DNA of 64,000 bases from Mayamaea pseudoterrestris (taxonomy: Eukaryota). Location: assembly GCA_027923505.1 (NCBI GenBank), contig BROI01000011.1:1-64000 (forward strand), written 5' to 3'. This document shows positions 44,235 to 56,518 of this stretch, in pieces. Under the pieces are notes generated by a model. It was given only the letters and a program-made list of their open reading frames with translations. It was not told the origin of the DNA and ran no database searches. How positions within the stretch are numbered: position 1 is the stretch's first letter; every line of letters starts with the position of its first letter. Made by a program: the position numbers and the translations under genes.

Positions 44235-47200
44235 TTAACGGCGTCGGTTTGCTCCCATCTTTTTGCGTAACGCCGCGTTGCCACGGCTCGTGCGGGCCGC
44301 AGCGGCAACACCTCCATTCACAGTTGCAGCAGAGCCAGAGATTCCAAAGCCTCCAGCTGCAGGAGCAATACCAAATGAAGTCGCTCCAAATGATGGAGCA
44401 GTCGCTTGGCTGGACGAACCAAACATTGGATTGGATGTAGAAGCTCCAGTTGCACCAAAGCCGCCCGATGATGGAGCAGTCACTTGGCCAAACATTGGAT
44501 TTGAAGCTTGCGCTCCATTCCCACCAAAGCCACCCGATGATGGAGCAGTCACTTGGCCGGATGAGCCAAACATTGGATTCGAAGCTTGCGCTACAGCCAC
44601 ACCAAAGCCGCCGGATGACGCAGCGGAATCAAACATCGAGGCTGGTCCCTGGTTTCCAAACGAGCTCGCCGTCGCTGGAGCAGCAAATGTAGAAGGTGTT
44701 GCTCCGGAATATGAAGGAGTCGTCACGCTATTCATGACAGGCGCCGTCATAGTTCCAAACGGTGCAGTTGTTGTGCCAGCGGTGGGCGTCGAGAACGGAC
44801 CAACGCTGGGTCCAGCCAAGCCATTGTTGTTTTCAAAAGATGCGTTGGGAGTACTATTCAGCGCCGTACTGAACGAGTTCGTCGATGGTCCTTGAGCCGG
44901 CGTCGAAGCAAAAACAGGATTTGAATTGTTTGAGCTAAATGACGATGCTGGTTGTGTAAAACCTTGCGCCGACGGAAAGGATTGGGCAGCAGGTGCGTTG
45001 AACGACGTTGCGTTTGTACCGGCTGATAATCCAAACGACATTGGTGCGGCAGTACTCGACGCAAATCCATTGCTTGGTGCTGAATCGCTGCCAGACACAT
45101 TCGAAGTTGGAGTCGTTGTCAATCCATTTGCTCCGTCACCAAATTTGAATGCGTGACTTCCAGAGGAAAAGATATCTGTTCCAGTAGATTGATTCATCGC
45201 ATTTTGAGATGTTAGTATATGGTCACTTGCAGGTACGATCTTGGAAAACATTGATGATGCATTTTCAAAAGTCGGTGCAGCGCTTGATGGGGTCGTCACG
45301 GCAGCTGCCTGTATCGCAGTTGGTTGCGAATCCGATGGAGCAATCGTTGGCGTCGCCGAAGCCCCTAGAGCTCCAAACATTGACGCAGGCGCTACTGAAC
45401 CAAATGCAAACGGTGCTCCTGTACTCGCCTGCGAAGCCGACGCGGCAGCAGCTGGTGTACTCGCACCGAAACCGTTGATTGGAACAGTTGATTGCGATGT
45501 TTGTGTGGCGGTGTTAGTATTAGCAAACGGTGGTGCGGACGAGGGCGCAGTAAACAAGAATCCCGCTGGAACGGGTGCTGACACTGGACCAGGAGCTGGC
45601 GTGTTCTCGGCCGTCGATCCAAACAAAAAGGCTGGTTGAGGAGCCGATGGCGTACCGTTTGTAACTGCTGAACCAAATGCAGTGGCTGGTTGCGAGGCAG
45701 GAGTCGTCGTCCCAGGTGCTACATTTGAGCCCCTACCGTTCTGTGTCGACGTCGCAGGTGTGGCCGCGGCCGTTCCGAAAGTGACTGGCTGGGCCGCATT
45801 AGCAGGTGCTGCGTTTGCGGAGCCAAATGCAGCGATAGGCGGTGGAGCAGGCGTCGTTGCTCCAGGTGGTGCAATCAGACCAGAACCGTTCTGCGTCATC
45901 GTCGAAGCAGGCATGGCCGCGGCAGTTTCAAGCATGTTTGGCTGGGCCGCATTCGCAGGTGCTGTATTTGCAGAGCCAAATTCAGAGGCAGGCTGTGGAG
46001 CAGGAGTAGTCGTTCCAGGTGCTGCATTTGGCACCACTCCGTTCTGCGTCAATGTTGTGGTTGCGGCTGCTGCTCCAAACGTAAACGGCTGCGCAATGGA
46101 TGAAGCAGTAGACGCCTGAGGAGCTTGATTGCTCAAATTGCCTGGCGCTGTTGATGGAGTCGTCAATGTTGTGGTTGCGGCTGCTGCTCCAAATGTAAAC
46201 GGCTGCGCAGTGGATGGAGCAATAGACGCCTCAGGAGCTTGATTGCTCGAACTGTCAGGCGCCGTTGCAGGAGTCGTGTTATTGCTCGCCGCCGCCGATC
46301 CAAAGCTAATTGTCGTAGCATTATTCATTGCATTCAACGGCACATTGCTTGCACCAGCATCGGCTGTACTACTACTTTTGGGTTTCTTGTTGAGTTGCTC
46401 ATAGACATGTTCAAATCGCTGCTGATACATGCGCTTGCGTGCCGCAGGAGAGGTCACGTGCAATGGCTGCACCGATCGAGCCGTCAGTGGCAGTCGTCCA
46501 CGCTTCAAGACTGGTTCCTGGGTGAGTTGTTGCTGCTGCCCTTCTGCAGTTCCATCCGTCAATTCCAACTGGCGCTTGCGATCAAATCGTTCGCGGAGTG
46601 TTTCGTGAACCTTGGTACGAACAAGTGCCGTAGTGACTGGCTTCGCTGGCGGGCGGTGCGTTGATGACTGCTGGTTTGCAGTCGTTGAACGAAACTGATG
46701 CGATGATTGCTGCGTGATATCTTTTGGCTGATCCGCGGCGCGCGACTCGTTTCGCTGCGGCGTCCCAGCGTTTGTTGCTCGGTAGCCATTGCTAGTGCTT
46801 CGAGTTGAACTGCCTTTGCTGCTGCTGTTGTCGCTGTTGTTAACGTGCTGCTGGCGGTGCTCACTCATTAAATTTTCAATTCCATCATTTCGCTTCACTT
46901 TGGCTGGCGGCGTTTGCACCCGATGAACCTTGCGATTCTGCCGAGACGGCGTCTCGCCAACGTTGCGCACTCGATCCTGCGGCGATGACATTTGCGTCGC
47001 TGGAGCAGCCGTATCAAAGTAGACGACTGTATCGCGCATGCGTCCGCTGTCCGACTCGGCGAATGCCACGCGACGTACTGCTGCAGTCGCTGCCACTGGA
47101 TGAGAAGCCCTGGAAGATGCTTTAGATGGACTCTTGTCGCTTGGATTTGCATCGCTGCGTTCGTCACGTCGCTTGCGCTGCTGCACCTTGTCGCGCACAC

Positions 47201-47645
47201 AGTGAATCAGCCGCACTCCAAGCCTTTGCATCCACTCCCAAGCGACTCGCATGACTCGATAGCTCTTGCAGCTTAATCGGTAAACAAAATTTCCCAGTTT
47301 CCCTCCATGAATGAGTAAAAACTCGAACAGTTTGCATAGATAATGCAGCGTCCGTGCCATGACGGCGCGAACCAACGCTGCCACGCGAGGCTGCTTGGGC
47401 GAATGCATGAGAATGGCTCCGGGATGCAGCTGCTGCTGTCGCTCCAAAAGGTAATTGAACAACCAAATGTAAAGGTAATGCACCATGACGGCCAATGTAA
47501 TGAATATGCAAAAGATTGGAACGAGCCATTGCGATGCAAGCGACAGCCAGTGCGTGTCCGTCATGTGTGAGAATGAGTGGCGCAATGTATCCATGAACGC
47601 TTGCTGGATGAGCATTCGAGGCGTCGAATGATATAAAAAGGTCAT
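44235..47645 (-). CDS. FG-repeat nucleoporin-like protein with an N-terminal transmembrane segment
   Basis: Hydrophobic WLVPIFCIFITLAVMVHYLYIWLF; basic NLS-like clusters; more than 20 FG motifs (FTFG, FAFG, MFG, GFG) in an S/T/A/P-rich tail; basic C-terminus RKKMGANRRR; first ATG at 47645. Confidence 0.75.
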   Translation of the reverse strand: MTFLYHSTPRMLIQQAFMDTLRHSFSHMTDTHWLSLASQWLVPIFCIFITLAVMVHYLYIWLFNYLLERQQQLHPGAILMHSPKQPRVAALVRAVMARTLHYLCKLFEFLLIHGGKLGNFVYRLSCKSYRVMRVAWEWMQRLGVRLIHCVRDKVQQRKRRDERSDANPSDKSPSKASSRASHPVAATAAVRRVAFAESDSGRMRDTVVYFDTAAPATQMSSPQDRVRNVGETPSRQNRKVHRVQTPPAKVKRNDGIENLMSEHRQQHVNNSDNSSSKGSSTRSTSNGYRATNAGTPQRNESRAADQPKDITQQSSHQFRSTTANQQSSTHRPPAKPVTTALVRTKVHETLRERFDRKRQLELTDGTAEGQQQQLTQEPVLKRGRLPLTARSVQPLHVTSPAARKRMYQQRFEHVYEQLNKKPKSSSTADAGASNVPLNAMNNATTISFGSAAASNNTTPATAPDSSSNQAPEASIAPSTAQPFTFGAAAATTTLTTPSTAPGNLSNQAPQASTASSIAQPFTFGAAAATTTLTQNGVVPNAAPGTTTPAPQPASEFGSANTAPANAAQPNMLETAAAMPASTMTQNGSGLIAPPGATTPAPPPIAAFGSANAAPANAAQPVTFGTAAATPATSTQNGRGSNVAPGTTTPASQPATAFGSAVTNGTPSAPQPAFLFGSTAENTPAPGPVSAPVPAGFLFTAPSSAPPFANTNTATQTSQSTVPINGFGASTPAAAASASQASTGAPFAFGSVAPASMFGALGASATPTIAPSDSQPTAIQAAAVTTPSSAAPTFENASSMFSKIVPASDHILTSQNAMNQSTGTDIFSSGSHAFKFGDGANGLTTTPTSNVSGSDSAPSNGFASSTAAPMSFGLSAGTNATSFNAPAAQSFPSAQGFTQPASSFSSNNSNPVFASTPAQGPSTNSFSTALNSTPNASFENNNGLAGPSVGPFSTPTAGTTTAPFGTMTAPVMNSVTTPSYSGATPSTFAAPATASSFGNQGPASMFDSAASSGGFGVAVAQASNPMFGSSGQVTAPSSGGFGGNGAQASNPMFGQVTAPSSGGFGATGASTSNPMFGSSSQATAPSFGATSFGIAPAAGGFGISGSAATVNGGVAAAARTSRGNAALRKKMGANRRR

Positions 47646-47935
47646 GCTAATTGCTGAGAGTACTGCTGCGCTGCCAGTCAATGCTTATTCAGGTAAAAGA
47701 CGTCGTTGAGAAGCAGTGCGTCTTTGCACAAGTCCATGGTCGACGACGACGGTGAATGGAAGAGACGAGCGACCGTTTAAACATTGATGGTGCGACACAA
47801 GTTAAGCGAATCAAAACAGACTGCGAGCCAGCCGGCATTACCGATACGACATTTGTGACTGACACGACGAAACACGCAGCTCCACAACTTCTTGCTTGTC
47901 ACAAGATCTCCATCACCTTCAATAGTATACCAACA

Positions 47936-48648
47936 ATGATACAGCAACCACTACTAGCAATCTGCGTGCTCCTCCTCTGCATGGCAGTTGTCACGCAAGC
48001 CATGCATTCTCCCATTAAAACGTCGTCGTCATCACCAGTCGCTGCGCCAGTCTTTGGAACCGACAAGGTGTTTGGAGTATCGGCCAAGAAAATTCCCTCC
48101 ACTCGTAGTAGAACTACTTGCAGCAGTATTCACTCGCTACGAGGCGGCGCCGTCCATGAACCAGAAACTCTGGCTGACGTGGAAGCTCTCTTGATCAAGG
48201 CGGGAAGTGAAGGAAAGCTTGTCGTCATTGACTTTTCCGCCACTTGGTTAGTCGCATGAATGCATGAATAATATTCTTTCGCTTGCAACAGACAAACGAC
48301 TCACTACTATCGATTCGTCTTCCTCCGTTCAGGTGCGGACCCTGCAAAATGATTGCTCCCTTGGTGAGTTTTGACGAGTGGAACGTGCAGTAGACTCACC
48401 TTTTTGTCTTGACACGTCTCACATTCATCGCCTTATCTCCACTATTACTACAGTTTGAACAACTCTCCGAGTCATTCACAAACGTCATTTTCATCAAGGT
48501 TGACGTTGACGCGAATCCAGACACGGCCGCCAAGTACTCGGTCAGTGCCATGCCAACCTTTTTGTTCATCAAGCGAGGCGAAGTGCTGGACAAGTTGATG
48601 GGAGCCAGTCCGGAGCAACTGGAGTCGCTCATTCGGGAGCATCAGTGA
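47936..48648 (+). CDS. Thioredoxin with signal peptide/presequence (exons 47936-48246, 48333-48363, 48454-48648)
   Basis: Splicing rebuilds DFSATWCGPCKMIAP; FIKVDVD and AMPTF motifs. Confidence 0.92.
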
Positions 48649-48825
48649 ATATTTGAATAATAATTAAGTGTTACTACTGGTAGCAGTAGTAAAACAGTAG
48701 ATAACAGATGATTTGAGTGATTAAGTTTACGTAGATTGACTGTTAATGCAAGTGGTCTATAAAGAAAAGTATGCATGGAAAATGTACAGCAAGCATCTGT
48801 GCACGTGCGAAACAGCCCTGCCGTT

Positions 48826-51601
48826 CTAGTATTTGGTCACGCGATCCATCAAGCCAAGCGGCACTTCGATCTTCGGCATGAGTTTCTTGTGGCCGGCAGG
48901 GTACGGATTGTTTTGAACGACGCTTTCGTAGTCGGAGTCGACAGCCGTGGAACGAGTGATGCCGCCGCCTCCGCCTCCACCTCCGCTTGCACCATACGGC
49001 TGCTCCTCCGTGTATCGGCCCGACTGTCGATCAAAGAACAAGGGAACGTGACCTAGGTCGCCATTGAAGCGATTCTTCTTGACTTCCATGCTCTTCTTGC
49101 CGCGTTCATTTTGCAGAATCAGCACCGTGTCTGCTTCCTGCGTCGCCTTGGCGCTGCCGTAGAAACTGGAAATGTTGAGACGCGTATCCTCCGCTTCCTT
49201 TCGGGGATGACAAACTAGCGTCAAATGCACATTGCGGTCCGTGGCAAATTTGCGAAACTTTTCAATTGCCTGGTCCTGCACGTCAAACTTGTCCCATGAC
49301 GAGTTGGTTGACTTGCGGCTAATCATGAACTGCATATTGTCGAGAATGACATGCTGGCAATCGTTAACATAAACCTAGTAAAGTTGTGGTAGTGAAAGAA
49401 GTGAATAAGTCTGAAAGGTGAACCCGACGACGAGATCATCAAGTCGACGCACCGCATAGTCCATGGCATCCAACACATCATCCACGTCGGAGCCGCCATG
49501 AAACTTCAAAAAATACAGTGGTAGTCGCGCAAATCGATCCGCAATTGCCTCGAGCTTGCCCGACATTGCCTCGTCGCCACTGGGCAATGGTTCGCGCACG
49601 TATTGCTGCATGAGCTTGTGAATGAGACGAGTGTTTTTGATCTCAAAGCTTCCCCAGAGAACGTTAACATCCTGCTCGGCAAGGTCCAGCGACATTTGAC
49701 CAAGGAAGGTGGTTTTGCTGTAGTGACGGTAAAAAGGATGACAAAGCCAGCGTGTGAGACATTTATCAGTTACACAGTTCGAGAACCTATCGCTCCTTCA
49801 CTCTCGACTATAGAACCTACCCGCTACCCGTCGGCCCAGTCAAGACGGTCAATTCCCCTCGTCGCAAGCCCTTAATTTTGCTTGTTACCATTGGAAGGCT
49901 TGTCATTGGTGTTCCAACATACTTGTCGGGATACATGATTTCGTGCAGCACGTCGAGGCGTAATTCGTCAAATGTGAGAATCTGCTCGTGTGGCGTAAGC
50001 TTGGCGTCGTCCAAAATGCTTGTCAAATTGCATCCCATGAGCAGCGCTTCATTGGCATCCTTGGGTAGTTTGCTGTTGCCGATACTGTCGTTTGTAGTTG
50101 CCGCGGCATCAACACCAATATTTTGTTGCGTCGGCCGCACAATGTAGCACCGCTCCAGTCCCAACTTTTTGCTAAACAACTCTGCTCCTTCTTGTCCTGG
50201 TCCATCATGATCCATCCACAAGTAAATGCGATCAAACTCTTCCAGCATGGGCAATGTTTCCACTGGCAGTGAACGACATCCATTCGGCAAGCTAATGGCT
50301 GGTCGTCCGGTGGCTTGCCACACGGCCATGGCATCGTACTCGCCCTCACACAAGACGACTTCCTTGGCGCCCTTTGGAACGGTATGGTAGCCAAAGAATC
50401 CCCAGGCACCGCCGGGTGGATCGAGTCGCTGGTGTGCCTTGTTGTGTAGCGAGCGAGCCTTGATGCGGCGCGTGACAAAGGTTGATTCGAGGTTTGTATT
50501 CAATGACGTATTGGTGGTAGATGCATCATCGTCGGAATCGCTACTAGTATTTGTTGCTTTCGCTTTCACTGCTGCTACTTGATAGTCCTGCAAGTTGAGT
50601 GCACTTCCTCGAAGTTCCTCCTGCACTTGGGCATCCTTGACTGACATGATCCATCCAAAGGTGACGCAATCCTCTTTAACGTAGGCGCCATGTTCATTGG
50701 CGAAGGAATATTGCGCTTGGCCGACGCCGTACTTGCGCAGGGTTGCATGGTTCAAGCCGCGCGTCTTGGTCAAGTAATCGAGGACTGATGGAGATGAAAC
50801 TGATGATGAGGACGACGAAGAATCGTTTGAATTTGCTGCTGCTGCAAACAGATTGTTGCTGTAGAGCGCCTGGAGTCGTCGCGGCGGCATGGGGAGTGGA
50901 GGCAACTGACGCGTCGGTGAAGGACCTTGACGCGATCCAGCCGAGAAACCCGACGAGTCGTAGCCATGACTGTTGCGACTGCTATCTTTGCTGCCTCCAC
51001 TGCCGCCTGACTTGAACTTCTGCACTCCAACCATGCTACTACTGCTACTGCTGCCATTGGATGACGCGTAGTTTGCATTCGCGCCGCCAAGTTGAATCTT
51101 GTAGTCGAACCAACTTCCACTGGCGCCGCATCGATGACAAAAGTAGGCGCCACCTCCAATCTGAACATAGAGCTTGTAAAAGTTATCAGCCTTGTTTTTG
51201 GTAGGCTTACTGCAAAAGCAGCATTCCTTTAGAATGACGTGCGAGTTGGTAACGCGAGCGTCGTGTGTTTCAATGCCGTGGGCTTGACTGTACTCTAGAA
51301 TGTTTTGAGCGGAAACATTCAAGCTTTGATTATGTTTCGAGACAAATACGGAACTAAAGGATCGGTTAATAGTAGTAGTCGATGTATTGAGCGTAGTGCA
51401 GTAGTGTGAATGGAGCAAGGAGCTTGATGATGATGCCAATGGGGACGAAAAGCATGATGCTGCTGCTACTGTGAGTGACGGCGAGCTGCTACACAATGCA
51501 GGTCCTCCATTTGAGACATTCAGTGCATTTACTTGCTTGACTGCTGCTCGAGCAAGACCTCGAGACCGACGAAAGTGCAGCAAAGAGGGTCGAATCATCA
51601 T
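48826..51601 (-). CDS. TWNK: Twinkle primase-helicase, probably mitochondrial (exons 51601-49821, 49717-49453, 49374-48826)
   Basis: Zn finger CCFC...CHRC; TOPRIM EGEYD and DHD; spliced Walker A GPTGSGKTT; HVILDN; GSAKATQEAD; KNRF. Confidence 0.93.
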
Positions 51602-51930
51602 GGTCGATTGCTTTGTGTGTCGGCAAGCGAACAAAATGACATCCGATCCAAAGCCCGGCTGGCGTCGCACAAAACACGTGCCGGTACTCAACGGAAGATT
51701 TGAGTGTTGCAGCTAATACCGGTCAGTCAGCATGACGTTTTCTTCCATTGGAACGAGGCGCGCCACCATGGAAAGCCACTCGTTCCTCGTTCCTTCGTTC
51801 CTTCGATGCGACGGCGACGCTAATTCACAGTCAATCCAAAAGTCTTACGCAATCAATCCAGTATCAAGTCAAGCAACGAAATAATCTCTAAGCTTTGCAC
51901 TCTTTCGACGAACAATTTATTTAATTTACA

Positions 51931-52395
51931 ATGGTCGTTCAGATTCTTTCCGCCGACCGCACCACTCTGTTTGAAGACATTTTTGAAGTCACGGCGCTCA
52001 ATCCAGACGGCGTCAAGTGGGACAAGGTGAATCGCATTCAGGCGACTGGCTCCACCTTTGAGTGCGACTTGCTGCTGGATGTTCACTGCGAATTGTATCG
52101 ACTGGATGAATCCGACAAGTTTACACTCGTATTGGCAAGCACCTTGCACTTGGATGGATCTCCAGCCGATCATTCCTCCTATCATCCACACTCCAGTCAG
52201 TCGGAACCATCACTGGCTGATCACTATGACTATGTTATGCATGGACGAGTCTTTGACGTGGAATACAAAAAGGATAATACAGTTACCGTCAAGCTTAGTT
52301 TCGGGGGGTTGTTGATGCGACTGGTGGGTGATCAAAAGCACTTGACGAGTGTACAGCCGGATCAAAAGTTGTACTTGCTTTTGAAAAAGGATTGA
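51931..52395 (+). CDS. RPB8: RNA polymerase I/II/III shared subunit RPABC3
   Basis: LFEDIF, YDYVMHG and SFGGLLM signature. Confidence 0.96.
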   Translation: MVVQILSADRTTLFEDIFEVTALNPDGVKWDKVNRIQATGSTFECDLLLDVHCELYRLDESDKFTLVLASTLHLDGSPADHSSYHPHSSQSEPSLADHYDYVMHGRVFDVEYKKDNTVTVKLSFGGLLMRLVGDQKHLTSVQPDQKLYLLLKKD

Positions 52396-52666
52396 AACGA
52401 GTAAATGTTGGATGTTGTTATACAGCCAGTTGGATGTGGCTTGGATAGGTTGCTGTGCACTCATATATAAACTAAACTAATTGAGTAGCATAATATGTCA
52501 TGTCCTTGTAAATGCACCATGCTCGAATTTAGACCAAATACAACTGAAGTCAATGCTATGCGAGTAATGTCAAGGTGTGTGTTGTAAATGGTAAGTAGTC
52601 TCTAGGCCAGCCGCCGAGCATGTCGAGAGCACGCACGTTGAGAGCTTACACCTTACACCACTCCAC

Positions 52667-54468
52667 TCATCCGTAAAAGACATTGTTACAAGCCCTTGTC
52701 AGCGTCATGCCATACTCGCCAGCAATAACAGTTACTGCCGTTCCCGCCGAGCAAAACGTCGACACACCAAAGGAAACGGGCAGCGAAACGATCCGTTCCT
52801 GCTCAAGCTTGCCATCCCCTTCAATCACCAGCAAGACCGAAGGACTATTTACGTTTGCAATCTCGTAGCGCGCATTGGCCGGCACAACAATTTGTTCGAC
52901 GCAAAAGTCTTGGACTGGCGGAATATACCGAGTGGTGCAGGAATCAATCGCTTCGCCAAACGTTGTTTCCGGCCGACAAGTCTTGTATGTGAGCATGTTT
53001 ACCAGCGTCGGCACATCCTTGAGCTTTGGTGTCAAGCCAGCCCGAACGACATTATCGCTACAAGCCATGCATTCAATAATCTCACCCGAAATGTACGCGT
53101 GCGGCTCATTCGCGTCAATGAACAAGGCCTCGCCCTTGCTCATTTGAAGAATGTTGAAAATGAGCGGAGCAAAAATGCCGCAGTCACCAGGAAACTGCTC
53201 GTGCAACTGAAACATGAGCTTTGGAACGTCTTCCAAAAAGGTGGGCGTGGAAGGTCTACTGTTGCTTTCGTCGTCGTTATCCGAAATGGTTCGTAGTCGC
53301 AGCAACATGTCGTCAACCGCTTGGCGAATGGTGTCGTCGTGCGCCGTAATGTAGTCGTGAAACATGTTGCGCAAGGCCGTCTTAACCAATTGTTCAATCT
53401 CCTCATCTTCAGCTTCATCCTTGCTTTTGCTGTGAAACAATCCATGATGCTGAAATTGTTGCTGCTGCTTTTGTGCACTGCGAGCTGCCAAACGATTCGT
53501 CACCTGCAACACTTGCTCCGTCGCCGCTGGTCCAATCAATCGCTGAAACTCTGGATATTCTTGCAAGTGTTGCGCAATCTCATCCAGCGGTCGAAAGCCA
53601 AACATGGCTCGCACTCGCTCCGAAAGAGCAATGGCCATTTCCGGCTTGTGGTTGTCGTCCTTGTAAACGTTTGGATGAATCGCGTGCAACTGTTCGGCAA
53701 GGCGCTTGTCGGGATGCGCCTGAATCGACAAGACTTTTCGGACACTGAGTATTTTGAGTAAAAACTGCAAGTCCTGCTCGTGCTTGTGGCCCATGTGTAG
53801 TGCTGGATCGGATTGAACGTATTCGAGGAGTGACACGGAGCGGCAATCGTCGGCGGCTTCGTTATTGTTGCTACTGGTCGCGTCTACTTCCATTGGATGA
53901 CTTTCTGGTTGATTCAAACTCAGCACTACCGAGTCCGGAACAATGACGCTGCACATTCCGCTGGGATGCGTTCCCAGCCACAGTTCTGCGTACGGCGCCC
54001 CTTCATCCAAGTCAAACGTCAAATCAGCCGCCTCCTTCATGCGAGCCACTGTACTGGACGATCCAATACGACCCCATGCGTATTCCTGAGCGACTGAGAC
54101 TAGTGGCTGCGAACGAGAAGGCAAAGCAGCAAATTAGTGAGTGAATGATGAATTCAGGCGAGCGCGACGAGCGACGAGACTCTTCCTTTGCTTCGCCTCC
54201 AAAACGCTCCAATCCCTATCATTCATTCAATCAGAAAAAAATTACGTACCCTGAGACAATTGGCATTCGTCACCTTCTTGTTCCATCGCAAGGACGACTG
54301 CTTCTTCCGCCGTTGAGGATGCAAGACGTTATTCATCGTATTGCTAATGGTGGAACTCTTTCTGCCACTCGCTTCAGTGTCAATTTGGTCACTTGCAATT
54401 GTACTCTTGTTCGAGTCAGAGTCGTCGTCAAGATTCTGCTGCTGCTGCGTCTGAAGATTGGGTGGCAT
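52667..54468 (-). CDS. MPI: Mannose-6-phosphate isomerase type I (exons 54468-54250, 54106-52667)
   Basis: QEYAWG, YAELWLGTHP, LSIQAHPDK, YKDDNHKPE, EPHAY, SDNVVRAGLTPK; upstream exon inferred from an in-phase GTACGT...CAG intron. Confidence 0.93.
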
Positions 54469-55258
54469 GTGTGGAAATTGGAAATCGACCGTTGATTGTT
54501 GCTGCTTCCTCGTTCCGTGAAAGCGATGATCGAGCAACTTGACTCGGTTCTTCGCTGACTCTCGTTTACTCGATTCTTTTTACTTTGGCTCGCACTGCTC
54601 AGTGATCAATGTATTCAAGTAGTATTAGTCGAGTGTGTTTCAAGCTTTCTGGAAAGAATCAGTCGAGAGCCTTTGCATCCGAAAGCTGATGCTTGACGAT
54701 GAAACGGAAACGGACACGTTCAGTCATCCAGCTAGGGTCATCGCCAGTCGCACTCCTGAAGCGATTTGTGACATAGTAATGACTAATTGATTGTCTCTTC
54801 TGATATTGCCTTTTGTCTTGATGCACGCCAATGAGTAAAATAAATCGGACTGGTACTCGAGACATTCCAGACATTCGATGTGCGATGCAAGACTGAAAAC
54901 TCAGTGACATTTCATTTGAAAGAACGCACCTTTGTCTTGATCCGTCGCTTTTCGCTTTGAAACGACTCCAGTGACTCTTGCGCTTTGAAACGACCAGCAG
55001 CAGCACTTACGAGCAAACCTCCATGCCGCCATGGTCACACGAAGCTTGATACAGCACCGACCAGCAGCAGCATGGCTACCGCAACCAAAGGATGACGAAC
55101 AATTTTCTTTGCCGCCGTAAGCATCAGGAGGCCCCGTTGAAGGTCGACTGGCTGCGGCATGCGAGTTCGCCTTCCTCCGCAATGAAATAAAGGAAACAAG
55201 GCTTACCTAGGCTTTCATCATCATTACCAGCTGCAGGAAGCAACTCTCTCAATTTCCC

Positions 55259-56518
55259 AAAAGTACTGGCGCTATACTTTCCGCAGTTTCACAAAGACAT
55301 TTCCAATGATCGCTTCTGGGGCGACGGTTTTACCGATTGGCTCAGTCTGCGATCTGCTCCACAACGAAAATCGCCTGGGCTTTCGGATTCCTCGACCACT
55401 TGCCGACGAAAAAGGAGCTTGGTTACAACGACTTGATGCGCAGATGAGCGTTCGAAATCGACATGGCGAATTGGCGCAACAGCATGTAATCGATGGTTTC
55501 GTCCATCATCACTACTGATTGCTGATTCTTTACGATGACTCGTTGAAGGAGCATATTCCGCCGCTGTTTGCACCGCTTTTGGGAAATCCAAGGATAATGG
55601 ACCGAATCTACCCCTTTGCTTTGCATTGGGCAAACATTGGATGGGCACAAAAATGGACCAGTCGAGCCAAGGTCAAGGTGGATGGCGACTGGCGCAAGCG
55701 TCAGCGATTTCCACAAATTAAAAAGGAGGCTGCCGTGGAAGCACTATGCGTGGCTTCGTCCCTTCTTTCACCATATCAACTATCTAGGTGGACGGTCAAC
55801 CAGTCTTTATGATTTTACTCCTGGCAGTTTCAACATGCAGTTCGAACGCTGCGGCGACTTGCCATGGAGGATGGCTTTCCAGGCTTGTACGTTGCAGCTG
55901 ATGTGATCATGACGCACGATGAGCTCTTTCCGGAAGGTTGCACAAGGTCGCACCAAGGGAGCTACACGAGAGATTTGTACGACAATTTATTTGGTGAACA
56001 ACACGATGGCGTACCCGCATCCCAACGATCAAAATGGCCGGCAAACCTTGCGCGCGTCCCAGACTGGTGCATGAATCGAAGGCCATCGGGCGCCAGCAAG
56101 CTTGACAGCACTAGCAGTAGTACTGCTACTCCTTTCGAGGCGCGGATCAAGCCGATTGCTGGCTTGATGACATTTTTTGACAATACACCTCGCCGGGCGT
56201 TCAACGATTCCACGATTTTGGTCCGCATATGGGCTCAACGTTGTGGTGCAGCGATTTGCGAAAGTCTTGCGGCGGCCGTTTACTACGAAACGTGCTGCGT
56301 GAAAATGAACCAAAATAATATGAGTGGCAATCGCCGAGGCAACGCACATGATAGTGGCGACGAGTCCAAGTTCATTCTCGTCAACGCTTGGATGGGCCGA
56401 AGGAATGGCGCTGGAAACGAGCGACGTCTTTGGGACACAAATGCTAGAGGTTGTAGCGCGAGTGAATCAAAAAGTGCTGGCAACGGGCTGTGAAGCGATA
56501 AACCAAGACTCGTCATGA
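55259..56518 (+). pseudogene. WbsX-type glycosyltransferase / GH99-like pseudogene
   Basis: Motifs spread over several frames: LYFPQFH..NDRFWGDGFTDW, ELGYNDL, IDGFVHHHY*, LHWANIGW, FDNTPRR, VNAW, WAEGMALE; several frameshifts and stops. Confidence 0.75.

Noticed and set aside
44263..46119. Plus-strand Ala/Pro/Gly-rich ORFs
   Set aside because: Antisense shadows of the FG-repeat gene.
47756..47935. Upstream extension of the thioredoxin ORF from ATG 47756
   Set aside because: The signal peptide begins at ATG 47936; the extension lies in the short divergent promoter region.
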